Origin: Stramenopiles sp. TOSAG23-6
Lineage: Eukaryota
Length of the DNA: 39,882 bases
NCBI GenBank assembly: GCA_900128565.1
Contig: LT635936.1
Location: forward strand, 1-39,882
Direction of reading: 5' to 3'
This document shows, one piece after another, positions 20,964 through 31,013 of this stretch; position 1 is the first letter of the stretch; every line of letters starts with the position of its first letter. Made by a program: the position numbers and the translations under genes. The notes under the pieces were generated by a model that saw only the letters and a program-made list of their open reading frames with translations, searched no databases and was not told the origin of the DNA.

Positions 20964-22316
20964 TTAAATTTTGTCAACTAGTTTCTCAATTTTGGACAAC
21001 TTATCTTTGCATGTCACGAAATCTCCAAAAGTGTCATCACTAAGAGAACTGCCTGTACAACTATTTTCTGCATCATCCTTTACTAACGAGACTTCACTAC
21101 GATTTTGTTTTTCTATATTATTTTTTACTTCAGCACGATTTTGTTTTTCTATATTATTTTTTTTTCTAATGGAAACCACTTTGGGTTTAATTTCCGGCGG
21201 TTTCAAAGGATTTTTCAATTCTTTAGCTTCTCCATCTACAGTAGCGACACCAATGCGTAATCTGAGAAGATCAAGGGCTAATTTAGAGGGTGGTCGTGGC
21301 ACTGGGGGTGGTTTTTTCCCACTATTAGTCAGGGTTGGGGTTATATCTTTTGACTCTTTTTCCTGGCCAAGTTTGCAGGTTTTTGAGTGTGTATCAATTG
21401 TATCTATATGAATCCGCTCACCACATACAAAACATTTAATCATTACGTCGGATTGTAGCTCATGTCCTCTATTTACAATTTGTTTCGCCTTTCTTGGGAC
21501 AGTGAGAGCAATTAAACGCGATTTGCCCATAACTTGTCCACATTTATCCTCTGTGACGACTTGAAATATAGTTGCAGTTAAAAGCATCCACTCATTCAGT
21601 GTCACACCTCCATCGTCTTCTTCCATTGTTGTTAAACTATAAGTGTTGACAGAAGTGATTACAACCTGATTATTTTGAATTTGGATTTCTATACTAGTCG
21701 GTGAAGCATTTGAATTATTCACTGGGACAATGTGCAAATCTTTCCTACCAAATAATTTCTCAACTACAAAGTAAGAATCTCCACCAGATAGTGTTCGCGC
21801 AGCAAAACGCATAACAAAATTTTGAAATTTAACGACATCTTTCTCATCATCGCTCTTCATAATTTTAGTGAGAGAGTTTCTTAAAGCTTTGAGTAGACAC
21901 GGATCAGAACCGTTAAAAACGACACCATCAACCTCAATAAACTCACGGGCAGCATCTTTCATTACTTGATCTAAATCAGGAAGTTGAGAAGGTGGCAATT
22001 TCATACCAGCAAGATCCCTTTGATAATCTTTGACTATTTTATATAGCTCTAAAGGAGTAGAAGCCTTTAGTGTTTGGCTTGAAATATCCTCGACTAAACC
22101 AGGTGAAATTAGCGAAAATAGTTCATCAGGCTGCGCACCAGGATCTCTAATTTCTGTTCCGCGCACAATACCCATCAACTTGCTAGTTTTTTCACGTATA
22201 AATGTCGAACCTAGACGACGAATATTGTTTATGGAAGCTACATTGATGGTATTTTGTTTTAGAAAAGTGGAACCTCGTCGGCGAAGTTTTCCCCCCTTGT
22301 CTTTTAGGATATTCAT
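20964..22316 (-). CDS. Hypothetical protein with a C2HC zinc finger and a proline-rich segment
   Basis: Long ORF; CFVC-x11-HSKTC; KKPPPVPRPPS. First ATG at 22316. Confidence 0.7.
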   Translation of the reverse strand: MNILKDKGGKLRRRGSTFLKQNTINVASINNIRRLGSTFIREKTSKLMGIVRGTEIRDPGAQPDELFSLISPGLVEDISSQTLKASTPLELYKIVKDYQRDLAGMKLPPSQLPDLDQVMKDAAREFIEVDGVVFNGSDPCLLKALRNSLTKIMKSDDEKDVVKFQNFVMRFAARTLSGGDSYFVVEKLFGRKDLHIVPVNNSNASPTSIEIQIQNNQVVITSVNTYSLTTMEEDDGGVTLNEWMLLTATIFQVVTEDKCGQVMGKSRLIALTVPRKAKQIVNRGHELQSDVMIKCFVCGERIHIDTIDTHSKTCKLGQEKESKDITPTLTNSGKKPPPVPRPPSKLALDLLRLRIGVATVDGEAKELKNPLKPPEIKPKVVSIRKKNNIEKQNRAEVKNNIEKQNRSEVSLVKDDAENSCTGSSLSDDTFGDFVTCKDKLSKIEKLVDKI

Positions 22317-22536
22317 ACTATTATGAATTCTAAGCTTCAAACATAAGGGATGATACCAGAGTAATAAAATGTAATCATATGTATATAGATGTTATTATTG
22401 AACCTAAGTGATTTTTTTATCTCCAGATAGCGTTCACTACTATCTCGGTATATTATTCATTTACAATATATGAATGATATTAGTAAAAAGTTACGTGCGA
22501 GATATCCATATCTCCGATCTTGAAATAACGGGTGAA

Positions 22537-23358
22537 CAGGGTTGCATGGGCACGGCCGTTCCGAAGAATTTTTCGGAACGGGCAAAAATTTTATTCCCGT
22601 TCCGGAATGATTTTTCGGAACGGGCAAATATTTTATTCCGTTCCGAAATGATTTTTCGGAACGGGCAAATATTATATTCCCGTTCCGGAATGATTTTTGC
22701 AGATTTCGCGGAACGGGCAAATATTATATTCCCGTTCCGGAAGAATTTTGCGGAACGGGAATGGACCGGAACGGAATGAAGCTTTTGTTCCGGTTTTGTT
22801 CCTTTTAAACCCTAACCCTAATAATTTCGAATTTATTTTTTTCGTACGAAATTTTGTACCTAACAAAAAAATCAAAGTTTTGGAATATCGCCCGTGGACA
22901 AATCTGCTCAGATTTACCCGACTACCTTAACAAAAAAAAATCACAAAAAAAATTTCAAAAAAGAAATCTCATAGTAGTATCACGTGAACATTGTAGTATA
23001 AATGAATACTAGTAAAAAGAAAAGAATCAAAAATAAAATTTTATCTTCAAATTTTGATTATCCATAAATTAAATAGGCAAAATGTAATATTTCATTTTTG
23101 TGCCCGTTCCGCCGTTCCGCACTCTAGTGCGGAACGGGCAAATATTTTATTCCCGTTCCGAAATGATTTTTCGGAACGGGCAAATATTATATTCCCGTTC
23201 CGGGCAGATTTTGCGGAACGGGCAAATATTATATTCCCGTTCCGAAAAATTTTGCGGAACGGGAATGGACCGGAACGGGAACGGAATGGACCGGAACGGG
23301 AACGGAACGCAGTTTTGTTCCCAAAAAAATCAGCGAAAATTGTGCCCGTGCAACCCTG
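22537..23358. mobile_element. Non-autonomous hAT-type DNA transposon (MITE), 822 bp
   Basis: TIRs CAGGGTTGCATGGGCAC (22537-22553) and GTGCCCGTGCAACCCTG (23342-23358) match at 16/17. Perfect 8-bp TSD CGGGTGAA at 22529-22536 and 23359-23366. Subterminal arrays of CGGAACGG/CCGTTCCG; no transposase ORF. Confidence 0.92.
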
Positions 23359-23549
23359 CGGGTGAAAGTTACACAAAAAAAACAAAATTTTTTCCATATC
23401 ACGAAATATTAATTAATATTTATTATACGGCATTACGATTACCCGGTAATGACATTGCTTCGCGATTTTTGGAGTCTCATGGAGATCTGTGGTTGCACTC
23501 CGAAGCGAAGTTCGAACGAACAACATTGAAAGCGCTGCTGAAGTAGACG

Positions 23550-26486
23550 ATGGCTCTTGAGCAGCATTGCACGCTTCTTGTGCATCTCAGAGATGTCAAG
23601 ACCGCTGCAACTCAAATCGATGAAGTGACTGCAGATTTGGAAAGAGGTGATGACGAAGCAAAGTGTAGAGCTCTAAAGACAACTATTTTATTACTTCTTA
23701 ATGGTGAAGATATGAGTGAACTACTGATGACAGTGATTCGCTACTGTGTCAACACGAAGCACCATAAATTAAAGAAACTACTCGAACTTTACTGGGAAGC
23801 AGTACCTAAGTATAACAGTAATGGGGAACTACGCCCAGAAATGATTCTAGTATGTAATGCGCTTCGTAACGATCTCATTCACCCCAACGAATATATTGCT
23901 GGTTGTACACTTCGTTTCCTCTGCAAGTTGCAAGAACCCGAGTTATTGGAGCCTCTTATCCCATCGATAAAGCAACTATTGGAGCACAGAGATGCATACA
24001 CTCGGGCAAATGCAGTATTGTGTATTTATAATATCTTTAAAGTGTTTCCACGTTTGCTTCCTGACGCACCTGAACTAATTGACACTTTTTTGGAGAATGA
24101 GGATGACTCTCAAGCTCAACGTAATGCGTTCACTTCACTTTTTGAGGTAGACCAGGAGCGCGCCGTAGACTACTTAGTAGAACACATTGAACAGGTAGAG
24201 AAATTTTCTGATGGTATGCAACTTGCTGTTCTCGCTGTCGCTCGTCGCGTTTGTCGAGCTGATCCTTCTCAAAAGTCTCGGTTTGTGCGTTGCATTTTTG
24301 AGTTACTACAGTCTCCCAACCCTGCAGTTGCTTATGAATCTGCGTCAACACTTGTGGCATTGTCAGCATCACCTACAGCAGTCCGTGCAGCTGCCAGTTG
24401 TTTCTGTAAATTGCTTGTAGAACATAGTGACAATAATGTTAAATTAATTGTACTTGAGATGTTAGGAGCTCTTCGAAAGCGTCACTTGCGGGTAATGGAA
24501 GAACTAGTGATTGACGTGCTGAGAGCTTTATCCACTCCTAGTTTTGCTATTCGCCGCCGAACACTTGAAATTACAACCACATTGTTATCGAAAAGAAATA
24601 TTAGTGCAGTTATGCATGTCTTGCGAAAGGAGTTGACGGAGTCTAAAAATGAAGGAAATTCGTCGGAATATCAAACACTGTTAGTGAAAAGCATACATCA
24701 GTGTGCAAAAGCATTTCCATCGGTTGCAGGAAGTGTTGTCCACTTGCTCATGGATTTTATCACTGGTACAAATGATGACACTCAAGCACTTCCGGTGGTT
24801 CAATTTATACGAGAAATTTTACAGACTTACGACTCTCTTCGCGAGGGTATCATTTCAAAATTGTTAGATTTGTTACCTACAGTTTCAAATCCTCAGGTTG
24901 CAGAGGTCGTTTTATGGATCATTGGTGAATACTGTGAAGATGTTTCTGGTATTTCAAATGCATTTGATGTTCTTCAAGAGTGCCTTGGTCCAATTCCATT
25001 CATTCCAAAAGAGGATAAAAAGGAAGAAGATGAGCCATCTGATGAAGAAGGAGAAGATCGAAGTTCAGAACAGACCGCCAATAAAAATAAAGCTCCGAAA
25101 ATTAATTCTGATGGTACTTATGCATCTCAAACCGCAATCAGTCTATCCAATAGCAATAATGATGAAATATCCCTAGAAGATGATAATACACCAAATCTTC
25201 GCAAGCTTCTTTTAAAAGGTGAACCACTTGTGATTTCAGCTATTGCTTCTATGGCTACGAAAATGTCGTTGCGAGTATTAAAAGAGTTAGGCGAGGAAGC
25301 AAAACCTGCTAAAATGATGGCTGTGAAGGTTATGCTTATAATCTGCGCTATACTTGATCTTGGGCGATCTACGCATGTGAATCAAAAGATGGAACAAGGA
25401 ACAGTTGAGCGTCTTCGCGGATGTTTATGTATGTTGCTTCATCCAGGTTGTCGCGATGAACTTGCAGCCGTGTTTTTGGAGGAGTGTCGCTCAAGGTTTG
25501 AGATTCTATTGGATCAAAAACAGAAGATGTTAGAAGAAGAGAAGTCAGCGAGGGAACCTGCAAAGGAAGTTGTCCAACCAGATCGAGTAATTACGTTTCG
25601 CCATTTAAGAAGTAAGGCAGAAAATCTTGCAGGCGTTGAGTTAGACGATGATCTTGACTTATCTCTTGCTGTTGGAAGTAGTAGTTACACAAATATTGGA
25701 TTGGCCGGTCATTTAAAAAGAGTACACCAGTTAACTGGTTTCTCGGACCCCGTGTATGTTGAAGCATTTATGACAGTACATGACTACGATATTGTAATCC
25801 AATTTACTGTTATCAATCGTACGGACTATGTGCTCAATGATTTCTCAATTGAACTTGCGACAATGGGAGATTTGAGAATTGTCGAAAGACCTCAAAATTT
25901 CACTGTACCTGCACGTGGGGTACAAAAAATTTCCGGTAGTATTAAAGTATCATCAACAGAGACAGGACATGTATTTGGTAATGTAGTCTATTGTGCTGGA
26001 TCAAGTAATGAAAAAACAACAACCAATTTGAATGATATTCATGTTGATATTATGGATTATATTCGCCCAGCATTTTGTACTGAAGATAAATTTCGTGATA
26101 TGTGGGCTGAGTTCGAATGGGAAAATAAAGTTGCAGTCAACACAGAGATTCAAGATGTAGCCGTGTTTTTGAAACATATTCAAAAAATTGCAAATATGTC
26201 ATGTCTTACACCTGGTGCGGTTTTATCTGGAAGTTGTAACTTTTTAGCTGCAAATTTATATGCTAGTTCAGTTTTCGGCGAAGACGCTTTATTAAACGTT
26301 AGTGTTGAAAAGCGAGACATTTCAACCACTCATGGCATGACACCCGATACTAAAAATGACGAAAGTACACCTGGAGCATGTAAGTTGGTTGGTTATATGC
26401 GGATTCGTAGTAAGACTCAAGGAATTGCTCTTAGTTTGGGTGATCGTGTACAATTGATGCAACGAAACCTACTTCCTGAAGACTAA
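23550..26486 (+). CDS. COPB1: Coatomer subunit beta
   Basis: EMILVCNALRNDLIHPNEYIAGCTLRFLCKL, QLTGFSDPVYVEA, IKVSSTETG, FRDMWAEFEWENKV and RIRSKTQGIALSLGD. Confidence 0.97.
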   Translation: MALEQHCTLLVHLRDVKTAATQIDEVTADLERGDDEAKCRALKTTILLLLNGEDMSELLMTVIRYCVNTKHHKLKKLLELYWEAVPKYNSNGELRPEMILVCNALRNDLIHPNEYIAGCTLRFLCKLQEPELLEPLIPSIKQLLEHRDAYTRANAVLCIYNIFKVFPRLLPDAPELIDTFLENEDDSQAQRNAFTSLFEVDQERAVDYLVEHIEQVEKFSDGMQLAVLAVARRVCRADPSQKSRFVRCIFELLQSPNPAVAYESASTLVALSASPTAVRAAASCFCKLLVEHSDNNVKLIVLEMLGALRKRHLRVMEELVIDVLRALSTPSFAIRRRTLEITTTLLSKRNISAVMHVLRKELTESKNEGNSSEYQTLLVKSIHQCAKAFPSVAGSVVHLLMDFITGTNDDTQALPVVQFIREILQTYDSLREGIISKLLDLLPTVSNPQVAEVVLWIIGEYCEDVSGISNAFDVLQECLGPIPFIPKEDKKEEDEPSDEEGEDRSSEQTANKNKAPKINSDGTYASQTAISLSNSNNDEISLEDDNTPNLRKLLLKGEPLVISAIASMATKMSLRVLKELGEEAKPAKMMAVKVMLIICAILDLGRSTHVNQKMEQGTVERLRGCLCMLLHPGCRDELAAVFLEECRSRFEILLDQKQKMLEEEKSAREPAKEVVQPDRVITFRHLRSKAENLAGVELDDDLDLSLAVGSSSYTNIGLAGHLKRVHQLTGFSDPVYVEAFMTVHDYDIVIQFTVINRTDYVLNDFSIELATMGDLRIVERPQNFTVPARGVQKISGSIKVSSTETGHVFGNVVYCAGSSNEKTTTNLNDIHVDIMDYIRPAFCTEDKFRDMWAEFEWENKVAVNTEIQDVAVFLKHIQKIANMSCLTPGAVLSGSCNFLAANLYASSVFGEDALLNVSVEKRDISTTHGMTPDTKNDESTPGACKLVGYMRIRSKTQGIALSLGDRVQLMQRNLLPED

Positions 26487-26749
26487 GTTTTAAGTTACAC
26501 TTTGTAGATGATATTACGATCTGTTGGTACTTGGATGTTGGCGTATTAGTTGTGTTTTGTGCTACTTTTATGTGAAAAATACAGATAAATAGTATTATTT
26601 GAATAAGTAATAAAATAAACCAAAAATTGAATTGACTATAACTAGGTTTTTATTGATGAGAAAGGATTTGTACGAATAATACAATGAATTTCAATCACAT
26701 ATTTCAATATCATGTACAAATCATATACAATATTAAATACAATGTTTGC

Positions 26750-28453
26750 TTATTGTTGTTTTGGTCGCACACCAGCTTTTGGTGCGAAGGAAAATCCAGT
26801 GAAATCTGCACCTTTAGCAAATGCACGCTCTTCTTCAGTTTCAGGTTCTTCTCGGGTAGGAACAGCTTCTTGCGTGAAGCACCTATCTACATTAGAAATA
26901 TCAGCTTCGCCTTTTACTGCTGGTTTGAAAGGTGGTGATAGTTTTCGTGCTGTCAATTTTTCCCAGTCTAATCCAGCAAACCATGGATGACACTTTATTT
27001 CATCAAGATCTCGCTGACACCCAAGACGTTTCCTAGGATCACGATGCAAGAGTTTAGTAATTAAGTCACGAATTGTATTTGACATACGAGGAGGAAATCG
27101 CACAGGAGATGTCTCTATGAGCCTGTACATAAGATGCACATTATCAGAATAAAAAGGTGGTACACCAGCAAGCATCTCATAAATAAGAATACCTAAGGAC
27201 CACCAATCAACTTCTTTATCGTGGGGTTTTCCTTTGACAATTTCAGGTGCCAAATATTCTGGAGTACCACAAAATGTCATTGTGGTGGCTCCAGATGTCA
27301 TGTTACCTTTACTTAGACCAAAGTCAGTCATGCGAATATGACCATCTCGATCTAAAAGGATATTTTCTGGTTTCAAATCTCGATAAATGATATTTTTTGA
27401 ATGTAAATGACCAATGCCAAGAGCTATCTCAGCTGCATAAAATCGGGCTCTTGATTCATCAAGTTTGTGTTCATTTTTCAAATGGAAGAACAATTCACCA
27501 CCTGGTAAATAGTCCATAACAAAATAGAGTTTTGTTTCTGTCTGAAAAGCATAGTGAAGTTTCATAAGGAATGGAAAATCAATCTTCTCCATAATTTCAC
27601 GTTCGGCTTTTGTATGTTCTACTTGATTTCGCTCAATAATAGCTTGCTTTTTCAACTCTTTTAATGCATAAAATGAACCGCGGTCAACACCATTACACTT
27701 CTGTACTAAATAAACTTTACCAAAGCTACCTCTTCCAATAACTTTTGAAAGTTTGAAGTCCTTCAAAGTTACAGGAGGAGCTGCACAGCTCCAGCCTCTA
27801 GTACGTCCTTCCCCTCTGTCGGGAACAAGCGGTGGGGAACGATCATTACTAGGACATGTCTGACCAATCGAAAGTTGAAGCATTTGTTTACTTGGTTCTT
27901 CTGTCATGCCGTCGTGGGTTATATCACGTAACTCATTTACGGTGAGCTGAACAATCTTACGCTGTTTGCTTGACATATCTTTCTGGACCACAAGGCCGCG
28001 TAAATCATGTCTAGAACTCTGATTAACTCGAAGGGGTTTGCCGCCACTACATGCAGCATAACACAAACGCATAGATTGGAGCAGAGCATTCCGCCTCAAT
28101 GAAATAAATCGATAATCGTACTCACTAGGGATATGAATAATAAATTCGTTTGAGGAAGGATGGCCTGAAATTGTAACACTACCAACTAGCGAAAATGGAA
28201 CTCGGCGTTTACATTTTTTGTAATTTGTAGGGAGAATATTATAAATAGCACGATCTGTCATCATTATTACACGTTCTTGTGGTTTGTTACGTCTATTCAC
28301 TTTAATAACTACGTCGGACGACTGAACTGTTTCTGTCGCATGTCCGTGCTTCGCAATCATGTCTTTCACTGTCTTCAAGTTTGCCAACTTGAGTTTGTCT
28401 GAACGATTTGCCGACTTTGCATAGAGCTTATGGAGAGCGCTTGTATCAGCCAT
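26750..28453 (-). CDS. AGC kinase (Akt/SGK/S6K-like) with N-terminal myosin-I TH1/PH-like domain
   Basis: SDVVIKVNRRNKPQERVIMMTDRAIYNI..IHIPSEYDYRF (TH1-like); GRGSFG, YRDLKPEN, TFCGTPEYLAPE; hydrophobic motif FTGFSF. First ATG at 28453. Confidence 0.9.
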   Translation of the reverse strand: MADTSALHKLYAKSANRSDKLKLANLKTVKDMIAKHGHATETVQSSDVVIKVNRRNKPQERVIMMTDRAIYNILPTNYKKCKRRVPFSLVGSVTISGHPSSNEFIIHIPSEYDYRFISLRRNALLQSMRLCYAACSGGKPLRVNQSSRHDLRGLVVQKDMSSKQRKIVQLTVNELRDITHDGMTEEPSKQMLQLSIGQTCPSNDRSPPLVPDRGEGRTRGWSCAAPPVTLKDFKLSKVIGRGSFGKVYLVQKCNGVDRGSFYALKELKKQAIIERNQVEHTKAEREIMEKIDFPFLMKLHYAFQTETKLYFVMDYLPGGELFFHLKNEHKLDESRARFYAAEIALGIGHLHSKNIIYRDLKPENILLDRDGHIRMTDFGLSKGNMTSGATTMTFCGTPEYLAPEIVKGKPHDKEVDWWSLGILIYEMLAGVPPFYSDNVHLMYRLIETSPVRFPPRMSNTIRDLITKLLHRDPRKRLGCQRDLDEIKCHPWFAGLDWEKLTARKLSPPFKPAVKGEADISNVDRCFTQEAVPTREEPETEEERAFAKGADFTGFSFAPKAGVRPKQQ

Positions 28454-28582
28454 TCTAATGTTGTATTTTGTTTTTTCTGTGTCGATAATCAAATGGAAGG
28501 TCTCCCCTTAAGAACCGGATAGTAAATCTGAAAAAAATCAAATCTCAATCGAAATCAAACGAGAAGAAGAAGATATTATTTT

Positions 28583-29530
28583 TTATATTTGAGTTGTCTT
28601 GACATCATTTTCAAAATTCGTTGTTTTCGTGTTTTCACGATTAAAATTTAAATTTGTCCTGAGTTGTTGAGTCATTAATATGCTTTGTCTTTCTTCACAA
28701 GCATGAACTTGGGGCGAGTACATCAACAAAATAGATGACCACACAGTGACTGAAAAGTATACACTCATCCATAGACAATCGCCTTTCCACTTGGCCCAAT
28801 TTTGAGTAGGATTTCTAGTCACTAATGCGTCATACAAACCCTCGAAAAAACCTAAATATTTTTTATGATGCAATTCATCTTCTTTCCAGCGGTAAAGTAA
28901 TGTAGGAATATTTGAAATTAGCATAAATGGAGTCAAAATTGCGCCTGAAATGCTGAGAATTATCGTGAATGTTTTTGCTGACTTTGCATTTGTTTCTCTT
29001 TTTTTTTTAAGGTAACAGAACAGGTAAGTTCCAGTTACTGCACCTATCATATATATTGAACACCAACAGCATGCTTCAAATACAGCAAATAACTGCGATT
29101 TAGTTGCAGTGCTAATGAAACTATTAATCTCTCCAAGTATTGAAAGAGCTACGATGCTGACAGCAGCAACTTCAACTGCTATGCTATTCAACTTGGATGT
29201 GGAATTTGTGACACTCAATGCCATTGCAACCTGAAGCATCCAGCAAACTTCACCAATGGCAGCAAAGGAACGATTAATAAGTATTGAATCAAATGGACTA
29301 TCCCAAAACGTTTGTCTTTCTACGTATAAAGCTGGAAATATTGATCGATATGCGCACTCAAATACAAATGGAAACGCGAGCCACTTCATCAAACACTTAT
29401 AAATGCGTCCTTTATGGTTAGTTTCATATTTGTAGCTTACTAAACGGAACGTGTACAAAAATAAAACGCAATTAATGAAACTAATGATAACAAGACAAAT
29501 CCACCAGATCAAAGATGTTGTATCCTTCAT
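28583..29530 (-). CDS. Hypothetical multi-pass membrane protein
   Basis: 315-aa ORF with several hydrophobic helices and an RSFAAIGEVCW motif. Confidence 0.7.
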   Translation of the reverse strand: MKDTTSLIWWICLVIISFINCVLFLYTFRLVSYKYETNHKGRIYKCLMKWLAFPFVFECAYRSIFPALYVERQTFWDSPFDSILINRSFAAIGEVCWMLQVAMALSVTNSTSKLNSIAVEVAAVSIVALSILGEINSFISTATKSQLFAVFEACCWCSIYMIGAVTGTYLFCYLKKKRETNAKSAKTFTIILSISGAILTPFMLISNIPTLLYRWKEDELHHKKYLGFFEGLYDALVTRNPTQNWAKWKGDCLWMSVYFSVTVWSSILLMYSPQVHACEERQSILMTQQLRTNLNFNRENTKTTNFENDVKTTQI

Positions 29531-29760
29531 TCCTCAATAGAATTCGTGCGGATAATTGATGCAGCAACAAACAAGGTTGTTAATAATAATAAATACCTTG
29601 CAGGTTCGATGATTGTGATCTTGATGTTGACGCCACAAAATTTCCATTTTTCGATTTCGATAATTTTCCTTCGATTTCATATGCATTTCGATTGTTGGCC
29701 ACTCTGAGTCTTCTCGCGACCGATACCGATTGTGATTTAATATACCCTGTATTGTTTATT

Positions 29761-30846
29761 ATGGTGGCTGTAAAACCTGGAGCTACAGTTGCGGTAACAG
29801 GAGCTAATGGCTTTGTTGCCTCACATATCGTATTTAAATTGCTTGAACATGGATTTAATGTTCGAGCAGCTGTAAGGGATGCGTCAGATTCAACAAAGAC
29901 TGACCATCTTAAAAAGATGTTGCCAAAGGGAGCAGCAAAAGACGCTTTGACATTTTTTACAACCTCATTAGACATCGATGGATCTTATGATGCTTGTTTT
30001 TGTGGTGCAGATGCAGTTATTCACACTGCTGCTGTAGTTCACCAAAAATGGAGTGTAGCTCTCCTAGACTCACACGAAAAAGGTACAAAAAGAGTTTTAG
30101 CCTCAGCTTGCAAAAGTTCCACAGTTTGCAGGTTCATTCAAACAAGTAGTATTGCTGCATGCTTTGATGCATTTAAATTAAAAGATGATCCATCGATAAT
30201 ATTCACCGAATCTGACTGGAATAGCACAATAACTGAGGATCAGGCAAGTCAAACAGGTGATTGGTATGGTTTTGCAAAGCAAAAATCAGAAAAACTAGTT
30301 ATGGCTGCTTCTTGCAATGGTGGTAATCCTAACTCAAACTTTGACTGCGTCTGCCTTTTACCTAGTATGGTTATTGGGGAGGTTTTCTGTAAGAAACATA
30401 CCAAGGCATCGCCAATGATGATTCGTGAACTTCTTTACGGGAATAGTAATCCTAAATCTTATATTGGTTTTCCGTATGTTGATGGACGAGACGTAGGTGA
30501 AGCTCACGTTCAAGCCCTATTGCAAGATTCCGCTGCGAAAAGTCCAGCAAGGTATATACTGACTAATGGGTATACCGGAACGTGTTTTGAACTTGAGTCT
30601 AAATTAAGAAAACTTTTCCCAAAATATAAATTTGACGCTGTGCCACTTCACTGGTTGAAAATGCTGCTTGCTCCACTCGTTTCATCCTCGTGGGAAAATG
30701 CAATGCTCAAGGCTAGTCTGAGACTGGAAAACAGTCGTGCACGAAGTGATCTTGGCATCGAATTCTCAGATATGGAAACATCTTTGACTCGAACTGTAGA
30801 GAGTATGGTTAATAATGGTTGGATGAAGCCACGTATAAAGTTATAA
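29761..30846 (+). CDS. NAD(P)-dependent epimerase/dehydratase family reductase (dihydroflavonol/cinnamoyl-CoA reductase-like)
   Basis: VTGANGFVASH, HTAA, TSSIAA, YGFAK (YxxxK) and VDGRDVGEAHV. First ATG at 29761. Confidence 0.9.
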   Translation: MVAVKPGATVAVTGANGFVASHIVFKLLEHGFNVRAAVRDASDSTKTDHLKKMLPKGAAKDALTFFTTSLDIDGSYDACFCGADAVIHTAAVVHQKWSVALLDSHEKGTKRVLASACKSSTVCRFIQTSSIAACFDAFKLKDDPSIIFTESDWNSTITEDQASQTGDWYGFAKQKSEKLVMAASCNGGNPNSNFDCVCLLPSMVIGEVFCKKHTKASPMMIRELLYGNSNPKSYIGFPYVDGRDVGEAHVQALLQDSAAKSPARYILTNGYTGTCFELESKLRKLFPKYKFDAVPLHWLKMLLAPLVSSSWENAMLKASLRLENSRARSDLGIEFSDMETSLTRTVESMVNNGWMKPRIKL

Positions 30847-31013
30847 AGGATTTTAGAAATAAATATCTTTCTCGAATTGTAATAAATTTCTTGCTTTACA
30901 AAAAGCAACAAAAAGTCCAACAAAAAGCTGTTCAAAAAAATCCGAAAAATGACCAGTTCAAATTTACCACAACACCAAATGGAGGATATTCCATTCCAAA
31001 TGCCGAGTTCGTA

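Noticed and set aside
22556-23308. Regular palindromic repeats resembling a CRISPR array, and the short ORFs across them
   Set aside because: Spacers are short and repetitive, there are no cas genes, and the context is eukaryotic. TIRs and a TSD explain the region as a hAT MITE; the ORFs are repeat translations.
30819-31013. N-terminal extension of the PPTase overlapping the reductase stop
   Set aside because: Low-complexity AT-rich sequence without homology; more likely intergenic or UTR.
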